In this document: positions 25,518-38,560 of the stretch, piece after piece | Numbering within the stretch: position 1 is the stretch's first letter | Layout of the letters: each line of letters starts with the position of its first letter | NCBI GenBank assembly: GCA_028023455.1 | Contig: JAQFVV010000007.1 | Coordinates: forward strand, 8,990,001-9,054,000 | Source: Epiperipatus broadwayi | Lineage: Eukaryota > Animalia > Onychophora | DNA length: 64,000 nucleotides | Direction of reading: 5' to 3' | Program-made: the position numbers and the translations under genes | The notes under the pieces: generated by a model | Database searches by the model: none | What the model saw: the letters and a program-made list of their open reading frames with translations, nothing else | What the model was told of the DNA's origin: nothing

Positions 25518-25557
<40 letters not shown>

Positions 25558-26199
25558 GTATGAAACAGACTTTCACATTTCATGCTAATAGTCCATACAT
25601 GCTAAAACCATGATAAATAGATAAACCTTACTACTTATAAAATATATATCAACTTACAGATAGATACAGGCAGCTTGGAGAAAGAAACAAACATCTTTTG
25701 TCAGGAACATACTCTGTTTAAATGTTTCTTATTATATTAAAATAGAAATTCAGCATTAATTTTTATACTATCAAAATTTGTTTGATAGAATAGATTTAAT
25801 ACTATGGATAAAAACAACTGAATCCAAATAACTATCTTTCGATACTCATTTTCTTGATTGTATTCATAAAATGTATGGAGTGGAGAAGAAAACAGAATGC
25901 TGTAAAACCATGTGACTATAATAAAAATTGTTTGATTTGTAATTAAATGTGTAATTAACAGGATGCATGAATGACTTGATTATGATTGCAAGAAAATCAA
26001 ATCATCATCACATGACTTAATTTAATAAGCTTATACTACAAATAATGAGCTATTCATGCTCATTATATAAAATAAGGCTTGATTATGCAACATAATAAAC
26101 AACTACCTATATACATAGTATGTACCAATAACTGGTTTTCTCTCAAAGCAGCTTACTACACCATCACTTGTTATAGTTTAGCTATTCATCACAAAAACT

Positions 26200-26720
26200 T
26201 TAAGGAGTAAATCATGAATTTCAGCATGCCATTTGATGGTACTTTTCATATTTTCATGGACTGAGATTGACTGCCTCTTCACCCCTGCCATCACAAAATA
26301 TTGCAAACCCCTAGAAACTATTGTTGTGATTCATAACTTCATTGTGATCTGTACTTTGGATATTTTCAATATATCATTAGCAGTTATCCCAATTCAAAAA
26401 AGAAAATTAATATTATCAAAAATAATGTTTATAATAAACAAAAGCATATTTTTGTAATATAATTCCAAAACAATTCTATAGTAACATTATTAATAACTAA
26501 ATTTATAAAACATATGTCTCAGTGAAACAATGACTGTGATTTTCCAGCCATGTCACTTCTAAATTCATGTAGATATTATGCAGTGACATATTTCAGCTAT
26601 TCACCACAAAATTTTCTTGGTGCTAGAAGATCTGAACCACACCATAATTCTTTATTCAGATATGCTATCATTCAAAAAATTTTGTAATGAATACCTAAAC
26701 TATAATACTTCATAACATAT
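26200..26720 (-). mobile_element. Mariner transposase N-terminal remnant
   Basis: KRQSISVHEN..K motif (GRPS-like) after an HTH-like segment; many stops. Confidence 0.45.
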
Positions 26721-28118
26721 ATATTGATTCAGAAATGGCACTGCTAGTAGTGTAGAGAAAACTAGTTATAAAAGTCACCTTTTCACTAGGATACACTGTG
26801 TATATATATATATATAAATTTAGTTATCAATAGTGTTACTATAGAAAACTTTTTGTAGAACAACATTACAAAAGCATGTTTTTGTCTATTACAAACATTA
26901 TCTTTGATAACTATACCATTTGGTGATGAAGATTACATTATTAGAAGTCATAGATTATGTTTCATATTGCATAGTAAAACCAAATGCTCACAAATGTTAT
27001 CATAGATTGTAAATTACATTTTATGAAGAATAAATTACTATCAATATAATAATTTAGATAGACATTATGAGCAAAATAATGCAAATCCATATTTGTTGCA
27101 TAATATGCTTCAGCCATATATCACTTTCAAATCTATATATAAAAGTATGTATTGTTTATATATATGCACACGCACATATACATATATATATGAGAAATAT
27201 AAAATATATCAAAACCTAAACTTTAATCAATTTATTAAAATATTAATTATACATGTGTATATAACCATATCTATTTATCCATCTATCTACCTATCTATCC
27301 AACCCACACATACATATGCTTGCATATATATTTATACTTTATAGTTGAACAAATGCACATCATGGAATATATTTTACTATTAAATTATAATAATTTATAC
27401 TCATAAAAATGATTTTTAATTCATTACTATATTATTAATATCCTAATCTTCTTAATATTTTTATGGAATCATTCTAAGAGAGAAAAAAATTTATGAGTTG
27501 TCAGTCTTATAAAAAGTTATAATCACTACTGTGGGTATAAACTTAATTCTCAGGATTTTTTATTGGAATACATATGCAATTCATTGTAAAAAGTTAAGTA
27601 GGACATTAATGAAATGTATGCAAGTGTCCTAGAATAACAAGCATTTTTCTAAAATGGAAATTGCAAACTTTCTTAGAAATGCCTACCCACCAATCCTTTT
27701 CCACATAAAATGGTTCAATCTACCCTGCATATGAAAAAAACTGAATTGTATATACTAATAATGTTGAATAACATTAATTTGTGCCCTAGAGAAATTTATA
27801 ATCTTTCAAGAAGCAATCTTTCATGAAAAAAAATTAATTAATCTCTTCTGGACATATGTTTCTGTCATAACAAATGTCATCAGTAGCCTTTCTAAAACAA
27901 AATTCATTGCTTACTACCATTGTGTAGCACATTTATATAAAAGTGATTTTTTTCTATACATCATGACCAAGTACAGAATAAAATCAGATTCCACTCATGA
28001 TATTAGCATTCAGCTCTATATATATATACAATAAAATTTTAAGAATTAATAAAAAAAAAGTCCTTATTCTTCACATTAATTATTGGCTTACATTAATATT
28101 TACTGTTGTCTTATTAGT

Positions 28119-30930
28119 CCGTCATCATCATCACTTTTGACCATTATTGTTTCACTGCAGAAAGGTCTTTCCAAACTCAATCCGTCTTCTCTGACCTCTA
28201 GCATCTCTTCTCCACATCATCCCAGCACATTTCCTTATTTCATACATTCATCTCATATGTGGTCTTTTTCTAGGTCTTTTACAATATCTTGGAATCGAGT
28301 TTAAGATTTTAACTGTTCATCTACTATCATTTATTCTAGCAATATGTCCAGCCCAAATCCACTTCAGTCTCTTAATTCTTTCAATGAAGTCAATAATACC
28401 TGTTTGTTTTTTTCATTTTCGATCTCTTTTGTTATTCCTAACATGCATCTGTCCATACTTTGTTGAGTTGTCTGAAGTATCTGTATTGCTTTTATATTAA
28501 GTGTCCAAGTCTCAGATCCATAAGTCAGAACTGGTAAAACACATGTATTACAAACCTTCCTTTTCAACACATAGGCATATTTCCTTTTAATATCAAGTTA
28601 TTTCTACCAAAAGCACTCCAACCAAGTTTAATTCTATGATTAATTACATCCATTATGTTTCCATCTGTAATAATAATTTGACTAAAATATTTGTAGTTGT
28701 TAACCTCTTTTACCTCATCATTTTTCAGTCTTTATTTCCATCTTTTAAAGAAAATGCATTGAACATTACTTGTCTTTTTAACATTTGTCTTTAGTCCTAC
28801 TTTCTTACTTTCATCTGAAAACTCTTGCAACATTTCCTGAAGCTCTAAAACATTATTTGCAAAAACAGCTACATCTATTCTATTCTACATTTATTTTTAC
28901 TCTCTTAACTTCCCATTTTCATCCACAAAATACTTCTTCTAAAACTGCTGTAAAAAGTTTTGGAGATATGGAGTCACCCTGTCGTACACTCTTCTTCCTA
29001 GTATTGTTATATAATCTAATTGTTGCTATTGCATTTTTATAAATATTCTTCAGAATATGACAATATGGTGGGTCTGTAGCTTGATGATTTAATGCTTTAA
29101 TCACTAAAATAATGCTTATAAAATCAAATACCTTTTCATAATCTAAAAATCCAAAGCATAATGACAACTCATATTTATTGAATCTTTCTATAATTTCTCT
29201 CAATACTTGGATGTGATCCACTGTTCTAAAACCACTTTTAAATCCAGCTTGTTCTTTTGGTTGATTAAAATACAAAGTTTGCTGTAGACAAGTTGTAATT
29301 ATCTTGGTAAAAATTTTGATAAAAGACTGATAAGTCTGTAATTTCTAATATTTTGTTTATCACCTTTTTTGTATATTAATATTAGTACTGCAATCTTCTC
29401 ATCATTTGGTAAATCTTTATCATTTAGACATTTGCATATTACTTTGCCAAAAAAATTTATATTTCTTCCCCTGTTTTTTTTTTTTTTTTTTTTTAAGATA
29501 TCAATTATAATTTCATCATTATCTGAAACTTTTCCCTTCTTCACAAATTTAAGTGCATGTATCACTTCTTCATTTAAAATCCTAGGCAATTCAAAAAATA
29601 TAATAGTTGTAGGAGGTACTTTATTCTGTTCTTTATTGCTATATAATTCTTGATAGAGATCTTCTTTCTATACATTCAGGATGTCATCTCTCTTTTTAGT
29701 AATCATTCCATCTTTTTTTCTTATTGCAGAAATAATATTCCATATAATACTAAGATGTTGTTTTACACTCTTGAGACTTTTATTCTCTTCTATAGCTTTT
29801 CTTGTTAGTTCACAATTATACTTTCTTATATCATTATTAACTCTTTTTCACACCACTTTACAAAATTTGAGATATTCAATCCTTCTTAATGAATTATTTT
29901 TATATATTTTCATATTCCTTCTTTTCTTCATAAATTGTCTTGTCTTAAAAGACATTTTACTAATTAATTGCTGCTTTTTGTATCAGTTATCTTTATTGTA
30001 ATTTTTAAAATTGTATCAGTTATTTCCCTATTGAATTTGTTCAAATTTAAATTATGTTCAAATTCTGTTAATATTTGAAAAGAATGGAATGTTTCTGAAG
30101 ATTAGGAATATCAAGTGTGAATATTGTTATTCCAATTTTTTTTTTCCTCTCTAGTTTTACATTAACATGTATCTTACATTTTACTAATCAATATCAATTC
30201 CTGTGTTGAATTTATTAGGAACATTACAATCTTGACATAAATATTTTCTGTTAGTCAAAATATAATTCAATTCTGCTGTACTTTCATTTGGATGTTTTCA
30301 TGTTTATTTGCATTTCATAATATAAAGTTTCTCTTTTCCTGCAAACTTCTCAAGCCTATATCCTCTCTCATATCTATCACTATAATCAAATTTGCCTATA
30401 GCACTTTAATATTTTAATTGTTTACTAATTCGAGCACTAAACTCTACCATGACAATTGTAAAATGTTATTTGGTCTGATCAAAAGCTTTTCATCTTCTTC
30501 ATTATAATGAGATCTTGTTGAGGCATAAACCTGAATTATCTGTATTTGATATCTACTATTAAATTGAATAATTTATCTTGTCACTCTCTCCAATATACCA
30601 TCAATCTTCACTGTTCTTCCACTTTTTATTTATAATAAATGGTACTCTACTTGTACTTCCAATGTTTGTTTCTTTTTAATACAGTACACATCCACTTTTT
30701 AAATCAATTGTCTCTTCACCTTTTATTCTAACTTCACAGAGTCCAATAATGTCCCATTTAATAAGAGATAGTTCTTCCAATTCTTACAATCTTCTTTCAC
30801 TTGAAAGTGATCTGCAGTTATAAGAACCTAAATAAAAGGTCATCAAATAGAAACCTGGGTCTACAATCAGGAAATTCTTAGCGCTTTACATCTTCAATCA
30901 CCAACTACAGCCTGCTAAGAATAATGGCCA
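28119..30930 (-). mobile_element. Near full-length decayed RTE-clade LINE (APE endonuclease + RT), (GAT)n tail
   Basis: YNCRSLSSERRL.ELEELS.IKWDIIGLCEVR (EN); ILIYKKGDKQNIRNYRLISLL, EQAGFKSGFRTVDHI, FLDYEKVFD, VRQGDSISPKLF, CVLPVLTYGSETWTL (RT); frameshifts. Confidence 0.95.
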
Positions 30931-32089
30931 TGATATATTTTTGTCTATCATGATTGTAAATAACTATTAGAAAAGTGGTTTTTTTTCCCATTAATACACT
31001 TATTCATTCTGCCTTCAAGAAACACAACTGATATTTCTGTTAAGAACTATCAGGCAACTGAGAAGAAAAACCATGGTGTTTCTTCATCTGAAAGTCAGAA
31101 GTAAAAAGCCAATAAACTCACCATGCTGACAATGCATGTTGGAGAGCAGCCCATCCATGTTAATATACTATATGAATAATTACATAGCAATAACAGCTTC
31201 AATGACAAGAAGATATAAAATGAACATTAGGCACTGGCTCTTCTTGGTTTCTTTAAGACCTCCAAAAAGAAGTAAAGAGTCTTCTTTCAGTTAACAGCAA
31301 ATTCCTTTCTGCATATATATTTCAATAAATTGTTTTGATTTGTTGTTTTATTTATTCATTCCAAAAACTTTTATTAAATTGAAAAAAATTCCATAATTAA
31401 AATAAGTTGAAAACCACAAAATTAAACTAATCTTAATCTGCTTTCAGAAAAAAAAAATAAGAATTTGACATAATAGTTTGAACGAGATATTTTTCAAAAT
31501 TAGAAGTGTTACTCACTTAAGATTAATCCTAATTTTAAAATCATTTTCAGGATTTGATTCAAATAAAAGTCACTGCTTGTTATCTCATATAATCTTCCAA
31601 TGTTTCTACTCTTCTCCTCTTTGCATGCTTATTTAAAATCATTTATTGAATTTTCTTTTTATGATTATATTTTTCGTTTACACGGTATAGTTTCTTCTTT
31701 CAATATATCCTTCGTAATTTCTCTGCATATAAAAATAATTGCAATATCATTATGTTCACAACGTGTCCAGAATCTATATATACATAATATTTAAAATAAC
31801 AATAAAAATAATAAATATAACAGTAATTAACTATTGTATAGAATCTTGCAATCAGCAGAAGTACTCTCGGTTAATTCCTTAATCCTCCTCAATTGTCGTT
31901 AAACTTAACAGCAACTGCGGAAGATTAATTTGAGAATGCTTCTGTATATTAAAAAATTCTATATAATAGTTAATTACTGTTATATTTTGTTATTATAATA
32001 GTTTTTGTAATTAATGGATATTTTATTTGTAGGATATTTAAAATGAATTTTGTCTCACAAATTATATGAAAATATATATAGTATATATA

Positions 32090-32880
32090 TTCAAGGGGGT
32101 ATCCAAAAATAACTGGAATTTTGTAATAAAACATTGTGTATTTATTTTTAAATGTTACAAATTGAATCACTTTCAAAATTTGGCCATTTAACACAGTGCA
32201 CTGATCTAAATGTGTTTTCACTTTTTGAAGTAGTTGGAAACTCTTGCAATAAGATGCCTTTTAATACCACCACCATTTATTTCTTCATTACTTCTAAGCC
32301 CACACACACACAAAAAAAATGAGACTTTTTTTTTCATTCCAGAATAAAAAGAATATGGCTGCTGAAAAAACTGGGTCATGCTAAATTTAATTAAAAATTG
32401 TTTAACTCTAGCTGTGTGCATTACCTAGTTGTCATGGTGACAATTTGTACTCCTCATTGTACCACAAACTAGAAGTTTATCTTTTACCACATCCCTGTAA
32501 GATTTTAAAACTTTTTTAGGTTTTAAATGCCTGATCCTTATGAATGGATTCTTAGCGAACAATGCTACTTACATCAAATCAGCATCATTTTGACATTGAA
32601 TGTCACTTGCAATGATTTTGGGGGACATGGTAAACTTCATACTTGCATTAAACCACTTGTAAACTTGGTTTTCCCAGAGCAACTTGCTCGTAAACTGTTT
32701 CATGCATTATAACTGTTTTCCCTGCCATTTCCCCAAAAACAAAAGAGAATTATGTGATGTTCCAACTTTTCAGCCATTACAAACCTCGACAAATGCATGA
32801 ATTGCATTTACAAAAAAAAAATACACTACATGACACCATGATTTCATATAATGACATCAGTTGGAAGATTGATGCAAAAA
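32090..32880 (-). mobile_element. Internally deleted mariner element
   Basis: MAEKLEH..FCF N-terminus at ~32790; HTARVKQFL..QPYS C-terminus; terminal caagggggtatccaaaaataactgg at ~32095. Confidence 0.7.
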
Positions 32881-32888
32881 AATCACCC

Positions 32889-33300
32889 ACAAGAGGTATC
32901 CAAAAATAGAAGCATGCACTAAAATAATTGTGGCTACCAGAGACTGATTCTAATTACTTTGGGCACTCACTCGTATAAGTGTGTCCCACATAAAAGATGA
33001 TTGCTTCTCTCTGTCCATGATGCTTGTAGCACTATCTGTGAATCAATGCATGTTATGCAATAATAGTGTAGCTATTTAATGTGCTTGGGTCATGAATTAT
33101 GACATTAAATGTGACATTACTGTACCATCTTAATCCATGATCAGAGGACTCATAAACTGTTATTGAAACATTCAAAATGATTTATAATGTGTTTTGCAGT
33201 GATGCCATGAGTATTAACAATGTTTTAAATGATTTGCAGAATTTCATAATGGCAGAGAGGGTAATGAATAGGATCTATAAATCTAGAAACACACTGGCCC
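32889..33300 (+). mobile_element. Mariner 5' fragment
   Basis: TIR-like caagaggtatccaaaaata at ~32890; IETFKMIYNV...FHNGREG-like N-terminus. Confidence 0.55.
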
Positions 33301-33694
33301 AATTTTCATAACTACTGACCCAGATCCACTAACACTTTAAAATCTTTGTGATAAATATTTACATTGTCACTACATAGCAAGCATTGTCTAGATATACTGT
33401 TATAGATAGCTGGGAAAGAAACCAATCACCTTCCCACTGGTATATACTCTATATATTTATTGTGCTTCAACAAAGATTGTATGCCTGAAATAATGCTTTC
33501 CTTATGCTCATAAAAATGGTTTAACATGGCTAACCAAAGCATTAGCATGTGCAAAGAAATTCCTGACTTTTTCTAAACAGAAACTATTTCACATCATATC
33601 ATTTGAATACATTAATGAAAAGTAGTATAATTTTTATAGATGAAAATTTTAATACATGAATTTTTTCTCCACACTACAGGTTTTTTCATACCTG

Positions 33695-33815
33695 CACTTT
33701 AATATGTAATATATAGGGGGTTTGAACCTAGACTTTCACACGACTCTCAACTATTCACGATATCTCAACCTGCTGACACACTTGATCACATACATGTTGA
33801 AATGATAATCATTTT
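33695..33815 (-). mobile_element. Solo tRNA-like segment of family C repeat
   Basis: rc aligns to 44740-44850; B-box-like GGTTCAAACC. Confidence 0.65.
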
Positions 33816-34689
33816 GGTTCTATATTTATTTTAATGCTTGTAGACAGTATAATTCAATTTCTTAATCTATTAAGTAATTACCTGATTAAAAAATCAACCC
33901 CAAAAGTGTTAATATTTTAAGGTTAGTTGCTTGGAAGGCCATGTGACGCTGAATATCAGATATGAATAATTTACTTTCAATATTAAATCAAGCAGAAATA
34001 TTTTAATAAAAATAATCAAATGATCAGGTGTTTAAAAAGTTATGTGACGTCTGAACATCAAAAGAATTATTTAATTTCAATTCCCTAAGCTTTCACATTT
34101 ATCGTTATACTATTGTTCTAAGACTTAGCAAGTTATAGTCTTACAATATCCTAATTATTTTCATCCAAATAAATATTTGAGGTTATGAAAATGTAAATCG
34201 AAAGATTTGTTTTAAAAAAAAATAGAGATTTGAAAATTGTTTTTTTATTTAGAAATAATAATAAAGATTTTTTGATAGTTTTTAATTCGTGTTAGTTTTA
34301 AAACATTTTTGAAAGTCTTCTTTTTATAAAAACATATACAATAAATAAAGTAAAATAAATTTGAATATAACAAAATTAATTAATGACATATAGTATATGA
34401 CAGGGTATTAATTTTAAATAGTTAATAGTGAATACGTTTAATTAGCCAATAATTAAGCAACTGTACACTAGTGATAAGAGCAATACAAACAAAAGCTAAA
34501 GGTTTTTGAATTGATTCCAAATGAGGAAAAAATTTAAAAAACAGAGAGGGGTGGAGAAAAACATCAGCTGCTCAACAGAAAAATAATTGTAGCGCCATTT
34601 GAGTGCTTTAAATAGAACAACTGGATATACAATAAATAATAATTATAAATACAAATTCCATAGAAAATGTTCAAACATAAACAGCCATA

Positions 34690-35130
34690 ATTAAACAAAT
34701 ATATACATACATCATAGCTATTCCCTTCGTAGTTAAACTTATCATTTATTTTTGCAGGTGCATCTTTTTATTTTACTTCTGATTAATAAATATTTCAATG
34801 CCGCATTTCTTCCGTAGTCATATTAAACCGCCAAGTCTTTAGAGAGATCGCATTGCTTCTATTTACATAGTTTGCTAGAATGACTTCTAACTTGAGCTTA
34901 CTTTTTAAAAAATATCTTGAAAAGTTTAATTCCCAAAGCAGTAGTTAAATAAAAGTTTGGAAGAACTTTACCATCGCTATATTTCTTTATAATCTTTTTT
35001 TCGTCTTCTTTTTTATGATTTTCATGGGTTAAAACGAGTTTTCTTCATTTTTCAATTTTAGGCTTTTCGGAATTAAAATTCTTGACAACAAGATAACCAA
35101 ACTACTGCTCACGGCAGCTGAAAACAACCA
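34690..35130 (-). mobile_element. pogo/Tigger-like transposase N-terminal remnant
   Basis: KKIIKKYSDGK...ALGIK (HTH-psq-like) followed by a CENP-B-HTH-like segment; stops. Confidence 0.4.
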
Positions 35131-35459
35131 CCACCAAATAAAAATAAAAAACTTTTAGGTAAATTAGCACTAATACATATATAAAATATTATATTTAAGG
35201 GTTTAAAACATGAAAATATGTGGTGCTTTATAGTTATAAGCATTTACGTGTGCATGCTGCGTTTGATGTGAATTAAAACTATCAGAGACCTTCTGGTACA
35301 CATTATGTCTCAGTAAAAAAGTGACTGGTTTGGTCTTCAAACCATCTTAAGCATATTTCTAACCATACATGTGTTATGTAGTAACATAGTTTAGCTATTT
35401 ACTATAAAAATTTTAAGGCGCTGGGCTCTGAATGACGAATTATGACACAAAATGTAATA

Positions 35460-35760
35460 GTAGGTTTTATACCTTCATACATGGTCCTCAATTTTCTCTC
35501 TACCATCACAAAATCTGAAAAGCAACTTTAAAATTTTCTTGCCTTTCATGGTTTCACTACCACGCACAGTTTAAATGATTTCAACCTTTTTAATAGCAGT
35601 TTTTTCCAATTTAAAACAAAATTTAATGATAGTGCATTGTTCCATCATGGTGTAACCCATGGAACACTATTGCATTTTATGACATATCTCATATTTCAGT
35701 AGATATGCTAGCATTTTAACATTTTTGTGGTGAACAGATAAACTATTTTAAAAATGGCTT
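35460..35760 (-). mobile_element. Mariner 5' fragment
   Basis: MEQCTIIKFCFKLEKTA...RFCDGREKIED. Confidence 0.75.
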
Positions 35761-36156
35761 ATGGCTTTATTGCTAAGGAATTAATAATATTTGGCATCAA
35801 AAACTCCAATGAACAGAATCGATCCTGGGTCTTCTGATCTCAAGATGAACTCTTTCCCAACTGTGTTGACGATGCTGAATAAATAAACAATGTTGTTGCA
35901 TAGCACATATCTTGACTCAGAGAAAGCCAGCCAATCACTGGTCACCTTTTCACTAGTCCATGGAGTGCAATTGCTATTATTTGATATATATATATTTAAA
36001 AGTTTTAAATATGAAAATATGCACTCACTGTATAGAGATTTAAGTATTGTAGCTGTTTGGGTAAACATTTGATTTGGTCAAAAAAAATTACCTAACTTTA
36101 TTTAATAAACTATGGTGATTCTTACTTTCTTATAGAAAAGAATATGTACAACTATA

Positions 36157-36949
36157 GCAAACTCTCTATGTAGTAGTGCCAAAGTAATCAATAAATGCAA
36201 AAAAAAAATTGTGCATATAATCACTATCTAAAGACTACTCATCCAATATCACAAGACTAGTTTTTAGCTTGTGGCTTTCATCTGTGAGCAGCCTTGGATC
36301 TAAAATCACTACACCAAGATCTTAGGATCTAATGCAATCATCTAACAACCACCTTTTTTACCTTTTTAGTTAAATTACAAAGCTATGACTCCAAACTAAA
36401 AAACACAATAATGTTTGCAATTCAAGATCATTCACTTGTATAATCATAAAGATCTGAACCCAGTTCAAAATCTATACATTTTGGTATCTTTGATTCTTTA
36501 ATAATCATAGTCTCCAACATCCCAAGGGAAGGATTTATATTAAATCACTAAAAATCACATGAACACCATTTTCTATGCTTATACAAGCTGCTAAAACAGT
36601 AGCAAATTCTCCATATTGAACCATATTAAAATATGTATAATTGATGAATGCTTTGGTATTGGTAATATTTTAAAAGTTAAAATAAAATTTAAATATCATT
36701 CCAAAGACCCAAATTTAGTTTTTTTTTTTTTTTTAGTTAATATAATTTATTTTAGATATGTACAATGAAAGGTATTTGAGCATTTAGTATTATCTATTTA
36801 TCACAGAGGCAAAACTCTCCATACAGTAGCACCACTCAGTGCAAACCAGAGTAATTAATGGATTCAGGAAGTTTTGTACATAAAATCACCATCTAGTGCC
36901 TACTTATCTAATATCTTCAGACTAGTTTCTAGCTTGTGGCTTTCATCAG
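36157..36949 (-). mobile_element. Retrozyme-like family A copies (one ~444-bp unit plus a separate 3' piece)
   Basis: Homologous to 12016-12490; HHR motifs at 36245-36288 (mutated) and 36911-36949 (CTGATGA aagc cacaa gcta GAAA ctag TC). Confidence 0.8.
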
Positions 36950-37099
36950 ATTGTGTAAGCCAAAAGAATGGTGATCAAGTGATGTCTGATAGTTTATTAT
37001 CTATTTAATTAAAAGTAAAAATTAAAATTGGAAGGAATAAAAGTACTTACAGATTATTTATCCAGATTTTAAAAAAATTATAAACGTAAATGATTATTA

Positions 37100-37560
37100 T
37101 GAGCTAATTAAAGATGGCCGAAAGAATTTATAAAAAAAAGACTTTGTAACTGAAAAGTAATAATAAAACATATAAGATTACCAATTTGTGTTCTGATAAT
37201 AAAAACAATAGAGAAAATGTAAATGCACAGAAATCTAAAACTGACCAGAGTATAAAAGAAGCAAATAACTTGAAGCAGGATCTTGTTTTGTCTGATGCTG
37301 GCAGTTTTCTGTACATCCCGTTTGTAGGGACAAGTGGCTAATTGTGGTTGTCTTATTCTCACAAGGGCAGTTAGATGCTTCTATTCAGGACTACTCATAT
37401 TGCTGAACTAAGTATTCATGCAGGAGTGAAAACCGAAACATTTGCGGACACCTTTTATCATGAAGAGGTCACTCCAAAAAGCCTTCAAGCCCAGTCTTAA
37501 AGTGGACCAGGAATGTAAAAGATGTCAACAGTGATTAAAATAAATAGCCATGAGCTCTTC
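37100..37560 (+). mobile_element. PLE 3' end/pseudo-LTR remnant
   Basis: SIKEANNLK..L.SDAG C-terminal motif, then degenerate HHR ggagtgaaaaccGAAAcatt. Confidence 0.45.
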
Positions 37561-38294
37561 AAACCAAGAAATGCATATACATTATGATCTACATAAATGT
37601 TTGCGAACTAAATTTAACTATAAACTGTAACTGTGAATTCCAAATATCTCTAAAGAGACCCTTTATCTATGGATTTCTTTCCTTCAAGAAATTTAAAAGA
37701 ATGGAACTGTTTTTATTATTGAGTGTTATTATCTGGATGAGTGTTTATATGTGCTTTCCAATTTATTAGTAATTTGCAATTTTATCATTTAAATATTTTA
37801 TTTTTTTGTAATAAAATATTCATCTTTAATATCAACTTTTTATTGTATGTTCCCAATTTTAATTTATTAGATTTTATTATTAAGTTTAGAAAATTGTATG
37901 AATACCTTTGCCAACATGCTTGTTTAAGCCAGAGGAAAATTTCTAAAGAAATTTCATGTAAAAGATTTAAGTGACAAGAAACAAAATCATGATCTTATTT
38001 TATTTATTTGTTTTTAAATGATGATGCGATGTGGCAGATCAGTGAGTCTACAGATTCTGGTGCCCTTTTAAATAAATGTAAAACTGATTCCACTGGCAAT
38101 GAAAATCGTAATAAAAGTATTGGGTCAGTTAATCAGAAAATATAACTATGTTCTTGAGATATCTAAACTTGTACATGAATAGAAGATTCTTATTTTTCAT
38201 AGTTTGATTAACTTACACTTTCTAGTGTGTAAAATAGAAGACCTAAATCCAAATATAAAATGTAGTTTACCCATAAACATTACAATATAATAAT

Positions 38295-38560
38295 GTAAAC
38301 CAGTCAGTGCAAGTCATAGTAATCAATGGATACAAAGAAGATTTGTGCATAAAATCCATATCTAGTGACTACTCATCAAATATCCCCAGATTAGTTTCTA
38401 GTTTATGGCTTTCATCAGTGACAACTAAAGGGTTATATTAGACCCTTAGATCTAGATGCACTGTTCTCAGATCCATTGCTTCTCAATGATGAAAGCCACA
38501 TGGTAGAAACTAGGCTGGGGATATTGTATGAGTAGATACTAGTTGGGGATTTCACAACTT
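38295..38560. mobile_element. Family A head-to-head pair of hammerheads
   Basis: Minus HHR 38379-38421 (CTGATGA..GAAA ctaa TC tgggg); plus HHR 38481-38525 (ATGATGA..GAAA ctag GC tgggg). Confidence 0.8.

Larger units (their letters stand above)
24533..25518. mobile_element. Young 5'-truncated Penelope-like element forming a ~448-bp-arm palindrome in a (TA)n tract
   Basis: 24574-25021 is ~99% reverse complement of 25071-25518 (about 4 differences seen); 49-bp spacer; (TA)n on both sides. Confidence 0.92.

Noticed and set aside
27560-27960. piggyBac transposase remnant
   Set aside because: Only faint resemblance across several frames; no TIR or TTAA evidence.
38018-38087. Box C/D snoRNA (ATGATGA...CTGA, ~70 nt)
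   Set aside because: There is only a 2-bp terminal stem, and the candidate guide (gatgtggcag) mismatches the 18S segment CUACCACAUC I recalled; a snoscan run would be needed.
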